Source of the DNA: an uncultured delta proteobacterium
GTDB lineage: Bacteria; Myxococcota; Myxococcia; Myxococcales; Myxococcaceae
Direction of reading: 5' to 3'
NCBI GenBank assembly: GCA_963771175.1
Contig: CAVYSY010000007.1
Coordinates: 1-64,000 of the forward strand
Length of the DNA stretch: 64,000 bases
Under the pieces are notes generated by a model. That model was not told the origin of the DNA and searched no databases. It was given only the letters and a program-made list of their open reading frames with translations. Within the stretch, counting starts at the first letter, position 1; every line of letters starts with the position of its first letter. Position numbers and translations under genes: made by a program. Positions 51,507 through 62,591 of this stretch are shown piece by piece.

Positions 51507-53531
51507 CTACAGCTCGACCTGGGTGCCCATCTCCACCACGCGGTTGGGCGGGATGCGGAAGAAGGACGTGGCCGAGCGGGCGTTGTGGCTCATCCAGACG
51601 AAGAGGGCCTCGCGCCAGCGAGCCATGCCCGGCTTCTTGGTGACGAGGAGCGTCTCGCGGCCGAGGAAGAAGCTGGTGCCCATCAGGTTGAACTGCAGCC
51701 CGGCCTCCCGCAGGCGCTTGAGGATGTCCGGGATGCTCGGGTCCTCCATGAAGCCATAGCGCGCGTACACGCGCTTGAGCCCGAGCTCCAGCGGCTCCAC
51801 CTCCACGCGCTCGGAGACCGGCACGTGGGGCACGTCCTGGGTCTGGATGGTGAGGAGCACCGTCTGCTCGTGCAGCACCTTGTTGTGCTTGAGGTTGTGC
51901 AGGAGCGCGCTGGGCGCGGCCTCCGCGTTGCCCGTCATGAAGATGGCCGTGCCGGGCACGCGCGTGGGCGAGTGCTCCCGGAAGCTCTCCAGCAGGGCCT
52001 CGACGGTGAGGGAACCCGCGCGCAGCCGCTCGCCCAGCAACTCGCGGCCGCGCTTCCACGTCGTCATCAAGGTGAAGATGATGAGGCCGAGCGTGAGCGG
52101 GAACCAGCCGCCGTCGGGCACCTTCACCACGTTGGCGCCCAGGAATGACAGGTCGATGGCCAGGAAGAGCGCCGACACCGGCAGCACCACCGCGCGGCTC
52201 ATCTTCCAGCGCTCGCGGGCCACCACGTACGCGAGCACCGTGGTGATGGACATGGCGGCGGTGGTCGCCATGCCGTAGGCCGCCGCCAGTGCGCTCGAGG
52301 AGCGGAAGGTGAGCACCAGCACCACCACGCCCAGGAGCATGGCGAAGTTGAGGCCGGGCAGGAAGATCTGCCCCTCCTCCTGCGCCGAGGTGTGCACCAC
52401 CTCCATGCGCGGGCTGTAGCCGAGCTGGATGGCCTGGCGCGTGAGGCTGAAGGCGCCCGAGATGAGCGCCTGGCTGGCGATGCTCGCCGCCAGCGTGGCG
52501 AGCGCCACCAGCGGGTAGAGCAGGAACGGCGGGGCGAGCTGGTAGAACGGGTTCTCCGCCGTCGGGTCGCGCAGCAGGAGCGCGCCCTGCCCGAAGTAGT
52601 TGAGCAGCAGCGAGGGCAGCGCCACCGCGAACCACGCCAGCCGGATGGGCTTGCGGCCGAAGTGGCCCATGTCCGCGTAGAGCGCCTCGCCCCCGGTGAT
52701 GACCAGGATGACCACCGCCAGCAGCAGGAAGCCGTGCACGCCGTTGTGGACGAAGAACTCCACCGCGTAGCCGGGCCACACCGCCCGCAGCACGTCCGGC
52801 CGGGCCAGGATGGAGCGCGCCCCCAGCGTGGCGAGGGTGAGGAACCACAGGAGCATCATCGGCCCGAAAATCTTGCCGATGCCGGCCGTGCCCCGACTCT
52901 GCACCACGAACAGGCCGACCAGGATGACCAGCGTGAGCGGCACCACGTAGGGCTCGAACACGTTCGTGGCCACGTTGAGACCCTCGGTGGCCGACAGGAC
53001 CGAGATGGCCGGAGTGATGACGCCGTCGCCGTAGATGAGGCCCGCGCCGAACAGCGCCATCCACACCAGCACCTTGCGGTTGCTGCTCGGGCGGCCCTCG
53101 CGCGTGCGGTGCATCACCAGCGCCATCAGCGCCAGCATTCCACCCTCGCCGCGGTTGTCCGCGCGCATGACGAACGCCAGGTACTTCACCGAGATGACGA
53201 TGACGAGGGCCCAGAAGAACAGGCTCAGCACCCCCAGCACGTTGGCGGGCGTGGGGGCGATGGCATGCGGCCCATGGAAGCACTCGCGAAGCGCGTACAG
53301 GGGCGAGGTGCCAATATCGCCATAGACCACCCCCAGCGCTCCCAGCGCTCCCAGTGCGACGCGACGGAATGAGGGGGGTTCGGCGCCAGCGGAGGAGTGC
53401 ACGGAGAGGCTCACCTCGAAGAGACGGGCCGGCCTGTCCGGGCCGCCGTGAAAGGCCGCCAGCCTTAGCGCACCCCCCGCTCCCGGGTCATCGAATTCCG
53501 CGAGGGGTCGGTGCAAGAGGAGCGGAAACAA
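51507..53531 (-). CDS. kup: KUP/HAK/KT potassium transporter (true start probably near 53400)
   Basis: GVVYGDIGTSPLYA, ADNRGEGG, YGDGVITPAISVLSA, GGEALYADMGHFG, LHNLKHNKVLH. Confidence 0.95.
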   Translation of the reverse strand: MFPLLLHRPLAEFDDPGAGGALRLAAFHGGPDRPARLFEVSLSVHSSAGAEPPSFRRVALGALGALGVVYGDIGTSPLYALRECFHGPHAIAPTPANVLGVLSLFFWALVIVISVKYLAFVMRADNRGEGGMLALMALVMHRTREGRPSSNRKVLVWMALFGAGLIYGDGVITPAISVLSATEGLNVATNVFEPYVVPLTLVILVGLFVVQSRGTAGIGKIFGPMMLLWFLTLATLGARSILARPDVLRAVWPGYAVEFFVHNGVHGFLLLAVVILVITGGEALYADMGHFGRKPIRLAWFAVALPSLLLNYFGQGALLLRDPTAENPFYQLAPPFLLYPLVALATLAASIASQALISGAFSLTRQAIQLGYSPRMEVVHTSAQEEGQIFLPGLNFAMLLGVVVLVLTFRSSSALAAAYGMATTAAMSITTVLAYVVARERWKMSRAVVLPVSALFLAIDLSFLGANVVKVPDGGWFPLTLGLIIFTLMTTWKRGRELLGERLRAGSLTVEALLESFREHSPTRVPGTAIFMTGNAEAAPSALLHNLKHNKVLHEQTVLLTIQTQDVPHVPVSERVEVEPLELGLKRVYARYGFMEDPSIPDILKRLREAGLQFNLMGTSFFLGRETLLVTKKPGMARWREALFVWMSHNARSATSFFRIPPNRVVEMGTQVEL

Positions 53532-53724
53532 TCACCCTGGGTGAATGAACACCCCCCTTCACCCCGCTCGGGGTGTGGGTGGCCCACGCCCATACCGGCC
53601 CCGAGGCGGCGGCCACCCAGGGAGGAGCGCCGAAAGGCGGGCGGAGAGGGCTCACCCGTTGGCCAGGCAGCCACAGCCACCCCATTTCCCGTTATTTGGT
53701 TCGTAGACAAAACTTTCTCCATCC

Positions 53725-55935
53725 ATGCTCACCATCCCCGTCCCGCCGCTATGTGCTGAGCCCGACCCCCTCTCCCCCCCACTGAAATACCTGCTCGCCC
53801 TCTACCCCCGTGCCCGCGAGGCGGAGGAGCGGCTGCGAGAGCTACAGGCGCTGCTGACGTCGGCCCAGCCCCTGGCGCCGCTCGCGACGCGCATGACGTG
53901 GCTGGAGGAGCTGGCCCGCTGGCTCCAGGCGCGCGGAGCCACGCTGTCGCGGCGCGGGCAACTGGCGCCAGTGGAGTCCTCGGGCTCGGCGCGCCTGCGG
54001 CTGCTGCTGGAGGTGCTCGGCGAGGTGCCCGAGTGGTGCGAGGCCTTGCGGGGTGTCATCGCATCGGTGCTCGCCGAGACGTCGGCGCGGAAGCTGTTCA
54101 CCGAGCCGGGCCTGTCCTCCGGCCGGGGCCTCCTGGGGGACGCCGCGGCGCGGCTCGGTCAGCGGCTCGTGCCCCCCGCGCCGGACGAGCGGGACCTGGC
54201 GTCGCTGGTCTGGCGCCTGTTCCCGGGGGAGGAAGGCGCCGCGTGGCTGGACGAGCTGTCCGAGCAGCCCGTGGCGGCCCTCTGTGCCCTGCTGGGTGCG
54301 CCGTCCTTCGCCCCGTTGGGGGCGGCGGTGGAGGACGCGGTGGTGGTGCTCGCCGCGCGGGCGAGCGCCCTCGGCCTGGCGGGGGACGTGCTGGCGCGGC
54401 TCCCCCCGGGGCCCGTCGCGCAGTCCCCCTTCGTCCGCCTGCCGCGCGCCTGCGAGGCACTGCGGGGAGCGGTGCGCGCGCGCGCGGAGGGGCTCGCGAT
54501 GCGGCGGGGGCGAGAGGCCTGCGCCGAGGCCATTGGAGACTGCCGCGCCGCCGCGCAGGCGGTGTTGCACCGCATGCATGCGGACGCGGTGGACACCGAC
54601 CTCGTCTACCGGCTCCAGCAGCTCGGCCACACGCTGGACCGGCTGGAGTCACTGCTGTGGCTGCTGGCCCCGGACAGCCCTGGCGCCACGCCGTGCGCCG
54701 CCACCCGACTGCTCTCGTCCCTGGTCCATGAGCACGAGAGGGAGCGCAGCGTGGCCGGGCTGTTCCGCAACAGCATGCGCTACATCTCCCGGCGCATCTT
54801 CGAGCACACGGGGGAGGTGGGCCGCCACTACATCACCACCAGCCAGGACGAGTACCACCAGATGGTGAGCGCGGCGGCGGGTGGGGGGCTGATCACCACC
54901 GTCACCGCGGCGCTCAAGCTGTGCATCACCTTCGCGGCGCTGCCGCTCTTCTTCGAAGGGCTGGCGGCCGCCACCAACTACGCCCTCAGCTTCATGCTCA
55001 TCCAGGTGCTCGGCTTCACCCTGTCCACCAAGCAGCCCTCCATGACGGCCGCGGCCCTGGCGGTCTCGATGGACGTGAAGGCCGGCGACAAGGGGATGCG
55101 CAGCCTGGTGGAGCAGCTCGCCTGCATCACCCGGTCCCAGCTCGCCTCGGTGCTCGGCAACCTCGGCGCGGTGGTGGCCGCCGGCACCCTCGTGGGGCTC
55201 CTCCTCCAGGCGCTCTGGGGCCGACCCCTGCTGGAGGTGCACCAGGCGGAGTACGTGGTGCGCTCACTCCACCCGCTGCGCAGCGGCACGCTGTTCTTCG
55301 CCGCCCTCACGGGGGTGCTGCTGTGGTGCTCGAGCGTCTTGGGCGGCTGGCTGGAGAACTGGGTGCAGTACCGGCGCCTGCCGGAGGCACTCGCGCGCCA
55401 TCGCGGCCTCATCCGCATGCTGGGCGAGGCGCGGGCGAAGTGGCTGGGCGAGGCCCTCGCGCGCAACGCGTGCGGCCTGGGCGCCAATGTCGGCCTGGGC
55501 CTGCTGCTGGGCATGACGCCCGCGGTGGGCCGCTTCTTCGGCCTGTCGCTGGACGTGCGGCACGTCACCCTCAGCGCCGGCATGCTCACCTTCGCGGGCT
55601 CGGCACTGGGGCCCGAGCGGCTGCTGGAGTCGGACTTCCTCTGGGCGGTGGTGGGCCTCGCCCTGGTGGGGGTGGTCAACCTGACGGTGAGCTTCTCGCT
55701 GGGGCTCTTCGCGGCGGTGCGAGCGCGGGGCCTGGAGCCGGTGGGCTTCCTGTGCCTGGCCTTCGCGGTCCTCGCCGGAGGCATCCGCTCCCTCTCCGGC
55801 TTCATCCTCCCGCCGCCGAACCCGCTCCTGCCGGTCCGTCGCCCCGACTCGCCCTACAGCGTGCGGTCCGCCGCGCGCCCTCGCTCCGCGACCCTCCGCG
55901 AGAGGCCGCACGACGCCGACTCCCGGCTCGCCTAG
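53725..55935 (+). CDS. Gcr-like 'site-specific recombinase' family (SpecificRecomb) membrane protein
   Basis: GRHYITTS..EY..M..AAAGGG, NYALSF.LI..LGFTLSTKQPSMTAAALA, RSQLASVLGN, LDVRHVTLSAG, NLTVSFSL. Confidence 0.8.
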   Translation: MLTIPVPPLCAEPDPLSPPLKYLLALYPRAREAEERLRELQALLTSAQPLAPLATRMTWLEELARWLQARGATLSRRGQLAPVESSGSARLRLLLEVLGEVPEWCEALRGVIASVLAETSARKLFTEPGLSSGRGLLGDAAARLGQRLVPPAPDERDLASLVWRLFPGEEGAAWLDELSEQPVAALCALLGAPSFAPLGAAVEDAVVVLAARASALGLAGDVLARLPPGPVAQSPFVRLPRACEALRGAVRARAEGLAMRRGREACAEAIGDCRAAAQAVLHRMHADAVDTDLVYRLQQLGHTLDRLESLLWLLAPDSPGATPCAATRLLSSLVHEHERERSVAGLFRNSMRYISRRIFEHTGEVGRHYITTSQDEYHQMVSAAAGGGLITTVTAALKLCITFAALPLFFEGLAAATNYALSFMLIQVLGFTLSTKQPSMTAAALAVSMDVKAGDKGMRSLVEQLACITRSQLASVLGNLGAVVAAGTLVGLLLQALWGRPLLEVHQAEYVVRSLHPLRSGTLFFAALTGVLLWCSSVLGGWLENWVQYRRLPEALARHRGLIRMLGEARAKWLGEALARNACGLGANVGLGLLLGMTPAVGRFFGLSLDVRHVTLSAGMLTFAGSALGPERLLESDFLWAVVGLALVGVVNLTVSFSLGLFAAVRARGLEPVGFLCLAFAVLAGGIRSLSGFILPPPNPLLPVRRPDSPYSVRSAARPRSATLRERPHDADSRLA

Positions 55936-55956
55936 GCCCTGTCCGAGGCTCGACTC

Positions 55957-57066
<1,110 letters not shown>

Positions 57067-57159
57067 GTAAGCTGGCGCTGTCCCAAACGAACCCCGGAGG
57101 AGCCGCCACAGGGGAGGGCGCTCCCCCGGCCGCTTCATGTGGGAGCGCTCAGACCCTGT

Positions 57160-58065
57160 TCACATCGTGCGCCTGGCCAGCTCCTTGGCCGCGTCCACGA
57201 AGAGGCGCAGCGCCGGGGAGCGCTGCGCACGGCTGGGGAAGTAGAGGAAGAAGCCGGGCACCGTGGGCGCGTAGGGCTCGAGCACCCGCTGCAGCCGCCC
57301 GGTGCGTAGCTGCTCCGCCACCATCGGCTCGAAGGCGTACGCCAGCCCCAGGCCCTGCTCCGCCAGGGACACGCTCAGCGGGTTGTCGTTGGTGACCACG
57401 CCCCCGCGCACCGGCACGCGCCACGTCCTGCGGCCCCGCTCCAGCTCCCACGCGTAGAGCGCCCCGGTGGTCCGCGAGCGGAAGGTGATGCACTCGTGGC
57501 GCAGGAGGTCCTCGGGCCGCTGGGGCGTGCCGTGGCGCGCGAGGTAGCCGGGCGCGCCCACCACCACGAAGCGGAACGCGTCGGTGAGCCGCACCTGCAC
57601 CATGTCGCGCTCGATGGCCTCGCTCAGCCGCACGCCCGCGTCGTAGCCCTCCGCCACGATGTCCACGAAGCGCTCCTCGATGACGACCTCGACCTCGATC
57701 CGCGGGTGACGCGCGCGAAAGGTGGGGACCACCGGGGTGATGACGAAGGGCACCGCCGCCCGCGGCACCGACAGCCGGACCCGGCCCACCGCCTCTCCCG
57801 GTCGAGCGGAGACCTCGGTGAGGGCGGCGAGCGCCTGTCCCAGCGCCGGACCCGCGCCCTCCACGAGCCGCCTGCCCGCCTCCGTCAGCGACACGCTGCG
57901 CGTCGTGCGGGTGAGCAGCACCACGCGCAGCTGCTCCTCGAGCTGCCGCACCGCCTGGCTCACCGCGGAGGTGGAGACGCCGAGCTCGCGCGCCGCGCCG
58001 CTGAAGCTGCGCAGGCGCGCCACGGCGAGGAACACCTGGAGCTGCGGGAGGGGAGCCGTATTCAT
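57160..58065 (-). CDS. LysR-family transcriptional regulator (CrgA/PgrR-like)
   Basis: FLAVA...SFSGAARELGVSTSAVSQ.VRQLEE.L...LL.RTTRSVSLTEAG; DIVAEGYDAGVR. Confidence 0.95.
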   Translation of the reverse strand: MNTAPLPQLQVFLAVARLRSFSGAARELGVSTSAVSQAVRQLEEQLRVVLLTRTTRSVSLTEAGRRLVEGAGPALGQALAALTEVSARPGEAVGRVRLSVPRAAVPFVITPVVPTFRARHPRIEVEVVIEERFVDIVAEGYDAGVRLSEAIERDMVQVRLTDAFRFVVVGAPGYLARHGTPQRPEDLLRHECITFRSRTTGALYAWELERGRRTWRVPVRGGVVTNDNPLSVSLAEQGLGLAYAFEPMVAEQLRTGRLQRVLEPYAPTVPGFFLYFPSRAQRSPALRLFVDAAKELARRTM

Positions 58066-58134
58066 TGCGAGAGTACCTTCCGGGCCGGGCCACCAGCACC
58101 GGCACGAATGCAACGACACTACCGAGGAGCTCAA

Positions 58135-58249
58135 GCCTCACTGTTAAGCATTGCTTAAGAGCCTATTGACTCCCTGGCACGTAGTCATCCGAGGCCTCGG
58201 GGCGTATTTCTCTTCGTGAACGGGGCGCCACGGCCCCGAACCCACGGAG
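58135..58249. repeat. Right copy of ~115-bp inverted repeat (ADH upstream region)
   Basis: Reverse complement matches 56953-57066, including the exact blocks CGGATGACTACG, CAATAGGCTCTTAAGCA and ACAGTGAGGC. Confidence 0.9.
58144..58158. promoter_or_regulatory. LysR recognition box (T-N11-A palindrome)
   Basis: TTAAGCA-T-TGCTTAA between the divergent lysR and adh genes; degenerate copy TTAAGCAGCGCTTTA at 57043-57057. Confidence 0.7.
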
Positions 58250-58261
58250 CTCTGGAGAAAC

Positions 58262-59321
58262 ATGCTCACCGTCAATGCCTACGCGGCCACGGCCGCGACG
58301 AAGCCCCTCGGTCCGACGACCATCCAGCGTCGTGACCTCGGCCCGCACGACGTCCTCATCGAGATCAAGTTCTGCGGCATCTGCCACTCCGACATCCACC
58401 ACTCTCGCGGTGAGTGGGGTTCGGTGGCCTACCCCGTCGTCCCCGGCCATGAGATCGCCGGGATCGTCGCCCAGGTCGGCTCCAAGGTCACCAGGCATGC
58501 CGTCGGCGACCGCGTCGGCGTCGGCTGCCTGGTCGACTCCTGTGGCGAGTGCGCGAGCTGCCGCAAGGGCGAGGAGCAGCACTGCCTCAAGGGGTTCACC
58601 GGGACCTACGGCGGCATCGGGAAGGACGGCCAGCTCACCCAGGGCGGCTATTCCACCCACATCGTCGTGACCGAGGACTTCGTCCTCAAGATTCCCGAGG
58701 GCATCGGGCTCGACGCCGCCGCGCCGCTGCTGTGCGCCGGCATCACGACGTACGCGCCGCTGCGCCATTGGGGCGCCGGCCCCGGCAAGAAGGTGGCCGT
58801 CGTCGGTCTGGGCGGGCTCGGGCACATGGCCGTGAAGCTCGCGCACGCGATGGGTGCCGAGGTCACCGTCCTGTCGCAGTCGCTGAACAAGAAGGAGGAC
58901 GGCCTGCGCCTCGGTGCGGACCACTACTACGCCACGAAGGATCCGGAGACGTTCAAGAAGCTCGCCGGCTCGTTCGACCTCATCGTGAACACGGTGAGCG
59001 CGAAGATCGACCTCGACGCCTACCTGTCGCCTGCTGGCCCTGGACGGCGCCCTGGTCAACGTGGGCGCACCCGCGGAGCCGCTCTCCGTCAACGTGTTCT
59101 CCCTCATCATGACCCGCCGGTCGTTCGCGGGTTCGCTGATCGGCGGCATCCGCCAGACCCAGGAGATGCTGGACTTCTGCGCCAGGCACCGCATCGGCGC
59201 CGACATCGAGGTCATCCCGGCCAGCAAGATCAACGAGGCCTACGAGCGAGTGCTCGCCTCCGACGTCCGGTACCGGTTCGTGATCGACACCGCGACACTG
59301 AGGTACGGCAATCCGCCGTGA
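58262..59321 (+). CDS. Zn-dependent NAD(P) alcohol dehydrogenase (cinnamyl-ADH/YahK-like), frameshift near 59030
   Basis: CGICHSD, PGHEIAG, C..C..C...C structural Zn site, [24 protein letters not shown]. Confidence 0.95.
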
Positions 59322-59386
59322 GGAACGCACATGGTTTGGGAAGAAGCAGCCCTGAGGGCTGCCCCGCCGACGTTTTGAATCCGCGC

Positions 59387-60211
59387 CTACACCGGCACCG
59401 CGAAGTCGCGCAGCGCCGCGTTGAGGCTCGTCTTCTTGTCGGTGCTCTCCTTGCGCTGCCCGATGATGAGGGCGCACGGCACCATGTAGCTGCCGGCCGG
59501 GAACTTCTTCTCCTTCATGCCCGGAATCACCACGCTGCGCGCCGGCACCCGCCCCTTGTAGACCTTCTCCTCGGGGCCGGTGACGTCGATGATGGGAGTG
59601 GAGGCCGTCAGCACCACGTTGGCGCCCAGCACCGCCTCCTCCTCCACCACCACGCCCTCCACCACGATGCAGCGGCTGCCGATGAAGGCCCTGTCCTCGA
59701 TGATGACCGGCGAGGCCGTGGGCGGCTCGAGCACCCCGCCCAGCCCCACGCCACCCGACAGGTGCACGTCACGGCCCACCTGCGCGCAACTGCCCACCGT
59801 GGCCCACGTGTCCACCATCGTCCCCGCGCCCACCCGCGCGCCGATGTTCACGTAGCCGGGCATCACCACCGCCCCGCGCTCCACGAACGCCCCGTAGCGC
59901 ACCACCCCCGGCGGCACCACCCGCACGCCCGCCGCCTCCAGCCCCTTCTTCAGCGGAATCTTGTCGAAGAACTCGAAGGGCTCCACCTCCATCACCTTCA
60001 TCTCCGAGATGGCGAAGAACAGGAGGATGGCCTCCTTCACCCAGGCATTCACCTTCCAGCCCTCGGGCCCCTTCTCCGCGACCCGCAGCTCGCCCGCGTC
60101 CAGCAGCGTGAGCGTCTCGCGCACCGCCGCGACGTACTCGGCTTCCTTCAACTTCGCCCGGTCCGCGAAGGCCGCGGACACCTTCTGAGAGAGACTCTCG
60201 GTGGAGGACAT
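59387..60211 (-). CDS. dapD: Tetrahydrodipicolinate N-succinyltransferase
   Basis: [55 protein letters not shown]. Confidence 0.96.
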   Translation of the reverse strand: MSSTESLSQKVSAAFADRAKLKEAEYVAAVRETLTLLDAGELRVAEKGPEGWKVNAWVKEAILLFFAISEMKVMEVEPFEFFDKIPLKKGLEAAGVRVVPPGVVRYGAFVERGAVVMPGYVNIGARVGAGTMVDTWATVGSCAQVGRDVHLSGGVGLGGVLEPPTASPVIIEDRAFIGSRCIVVEGVVVEEEAVLGANVVLTASTPIIDVTGPEEKVYKGRVPARSVVIPGMKEKKFPAGSYMVPCALIIGQRKESTDKKTSLNAALRDFAVPV

Positions 60212-60253
60212 GGCCGCTCCTTCAAGCACGAAACGCCGCGCACCGCACCATCC

Positions 60254-60589
60254 TCATGCGTGGGCCTGTTGGCCGACGGCGGTCATCCCCGGACTCGGGG
60301 GCTCCGCCAGCGGGTACACCGCCGTGATGATCTCCCGGTCCAGCCGGTCTCCCACCGGCTCCACCGCCGCGTGGGCCCGGCCCGAGACGTACACGCCGAG
60401 CCCCGTCACCCGCTGCACGTGCGACAGGGGCACCGCCCACAGCTTGCGCGAGAAGCGCCGACGCACGAAGAGCACCGTCTCTCCGATGCACTTCACCTTC
60501 CCGAGCACCGTCCCGTCCTCGTCTCGCACCTTCATCGCGTGCTGAATCGAGCGCCGCTCGAACGGGGATTCCATCCAGTCCACCGCCAT
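60254..60589 (-). CDS. Small hypothetical protein (PRC-barrel/DUF2171-like)
   Basis: M.VRDEDG..LGKV..., [17 protein letters not shown]. Confidence 0.6.
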   Translation of the reverse strand: MAVDWMESPFERRSIQHAMKVRDEDGTVLGKVKCIGETVLFVRRRFSRKLWAVPLSHVQRVTGLGVYVSGRAHAAVEPVGDRLDREIITAVYPLAEPPSPGMTAVGQQAHA

Positions 60590-60707
60590 GGCCGCACCTC
60601 CACTCGCACAAGGTGAGGTCCCGGGCGGCCCGAGGGGAGCACGACACCGGGTAGCGGGCCCCCGGCCGCCCGCACGCCACGAGGCACGGGCGGACCGGGA
60701 GGGACGG

Positions 60708-60941
60708 CTAGCGGCCGAGTTCCTTGGCCACCGCGTCCACTACCTGCTGATCGGTGGGAAAGCCGAGCGACTCCTTCCGCAACACCGTCTTGCCATCCAC
60801 GGCGATCTCGAAGCTCCCCGAAGGTCCCACCTTCAGCTCCGAGTCCAACTCCAGGTCCTTCTTCAGCGCGGCCGCCGCACGGACGGCCCGAGGCTTGTAG
60901 CCTCAACCACTGCAATAGGTGATGGTGATACGAGCGGCCAT
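60708..60941 (-). CDS. Rdx/SelW-family selenoprotein (77 aa, in-frame UGA read as Sec at codon 13); absent from the ORF track
   Basis: AAGGAGG RBS; MAARITITYCSG-U-GYKPRA...GPSGSFEIAVDG...GFPTDQQV; TGA at 60903-60905. Confidence 0.9.
60870..60888 (-). promoter_or_regulatory. Candidate bacterial SECIS hairpin
   Basis: GGCCG-U(bulge)-CC-[GUGC]-GG-CGGCC starting 14 nt after the UGA, with GU at the start of the apical loop. Confidence 0.65.
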
Positions 60942-61063
60942 GTCGGGCCTCCTTCTGGGTGTAGGGATTGAAATAACGAACGACGAGCGGCGTGCAAGCG
61001 GACAACCCATTCCAGGCCAGGAATCCATTGACGCCCGGGCGCCTCGGGGCCATGCAGGCCCCC

Positions 61064-62500
61064 ATGTCCTCCCCTCGCCCGAGTCTCGCCGCCGCCTACG
61101 ACCCCGAGCACTTCCGCCGCCTGGGACACCGGCTGGTGGACCAGCTCGCCGACCACCTCGCCCGGGCCACCCGTCGCGAGGGGCCCGTGCTGCCCTGGGC
61201 CCCGCCCGCCACCAACGTCGAGCGCTTCCCCGCGGACTTCCCCGAGGAGCCCTCTGGCGACTTCCCGGCCCTCGTCTCGCGCGTCCTCGAGGCCTCGCAC
61301 CACCTGCACCACCCGCATTACGTGGGCCACCAGGTGTCCGCCCCCCTCCCCCTGGCCGCCCTCAGCGACTTCGCCTCCTCGCTCCTCAACAACGGCATGG
61401 CCGTCTACGAGATGGGCCCCGTCGCCACCGCCATGGAGCACAACGTGCTGCGCTGGATGGCCGGAGTGCTCGGCCTGCCCGAGGGCGCGGGCGGCGTGCT
61501 CACCTCGGGGGGCTCGGCCGGCAACCTCACCGCCCTGCTCGCCGCGCGCCAGGCGAAGGCCGGCCATGACGCCTGGAACGGAGGCGCCACCGCCGGGCCG
61601 CCCCTCACCGTGCTCGTCCCCGAGACAACCCACTACTGCGTCTCGCGCGCCACCCGGGTCATGGGCTGGGGCGCCGAGGGCGTCACCCCCGTCCCCGTGG
61701 ACGCGCACTACCGGCTGCGCCCCGAGGCCCTGGAGGACGCGCTCGCCGCCGCGAAGCGTGCCGGCCGCCGCCCCATCGCCGTGGTGGCCAGCGCGGGCTC
61801 CACCGCCACCGGCGCCTTCGACCCGCTCGAGGCCGTGGCCGACTTCTGCGAGAAGCACGGCCTGTGGTTCCACGTGGACGGAGCCCATGGCGCCTCGGCC
61901 GCGCTCAGCCCCAGCTACCGCCACCGGGTGAAGGGGATTGAGCGCGCCGACTCGGTGGTGTGGGACGCGCACAAGCTGATGATGATGCCGGCGCTCATCA
62001 CCGCCGTGCTCTTCCGCGACGCGAGCCGCTCCTTCGAGGCCTTCGCCCAGGAGGCCTCCTACCTCTTCCACGGACAGGACTCCCGCCGCTGGAGCGACGT
62101 GGCGCTGCGCACCCTGGAGTGCACCAAGGAGATGATGGCGCTCAAGCTGTATGCCTGTCTCCACGTGCTCGGCACGAAGCTCTTCGCCGATTCCATCACC
62201 GACACCTTCGACCTGTCCCGCCGCTTCGCCGAGCGCCTCCAGTCCTCCGGGGACTTCGAGCTGGCCGTGCCCCCCGACTGCAACATCGTCTGCTTCCGGT
62301 ACACGCCGGAGGGTGTCCCCGCCGCGGAGCTCGACGCGCTCCAGGTGCGCCTGCGCGAGTCGCTCGTCACCAGCGGAGACTTCTACCTGGTGCAGACGAC
62401 GCTCGGCGGGCGCGTGTGGCTGCGCACCACGCTCATCAACCCGCTCACCACCGACGCGGACCTGGACGCCCTGTTGGTCGCGCTGCGCCGGGCCGCCTGA
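61064..62500 (+). CDS. Group II PLP-dependent decarboxylase (diaminobutyrate/aromatic amino acid decarboxylase-like)
   Basis: HPHYVGHQ, GVLTSGGS.GN, AGSTATGAFD, WFHVDGAHG, DSVVWDAHK (PLP Lys), NIVCFRY. Confidence 0.9.
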   Translation: MSSPRPSLAAAYDPEHFRRLGHRLVDQLADHLARATRREGPVLPWAPPATNVERFPADFPEEPSGDFPALVSRVLEASHHLHHPHYVGHQVSAPLPLAALSDFASSLLNNGMAVYEMGPVATAMEHNVLRWMAGVLGLPEGAGGVLTSGGSAGNLTALLAARQAKAGHDAWNGGATAGPPLTVLVPETTHYCVSRATRVMGWGAEGVTPVPVDAHYRLRPEALEDALAAAKRAGRRPIAVVASAGSTATGAFDPLEAVADFCEKHGLWFHVDGAHGASAALSPSYRHRVKGIERADSVVWDAHKLMMMPALITAVLFRDASRSFEAFAQEASYLFHGQDSRRWSDVALRTLECTKEMMALKLYACLHVLGTKLFADSITDTFDLSRRFAERLQSSGDFELAVPPDCNIVCFRYTPEGVPAAELDALQVRLRESLVTSGDFYLVQTTLGGRVWLRTTLINPLTTDADLDALLVALRRAA

Positions 62501-62591
62501 GGGGGGGCCTGCGAGGCATTCCATGCGATGCTGACCACCCCGTGACAAACACGGGGCACGGACGTGTTACGAAGGACGAGGTCATCCATCG

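Noticed and set aside
53400..53720. c-di-AMP (ydaO) riboswitch upstream of kup
   Set aside because: Short overlapping hairpins exist near 53539-53575, but I could not match the conserved ydaO core by eye; an Rfam scan is needed
58262..60616. 784-aa ADH fusion ORF from the track
   Set aside because: Artefact of the frameshift near 59030 running on antisense to dapD; the real ADH C-terminus ends at 59321
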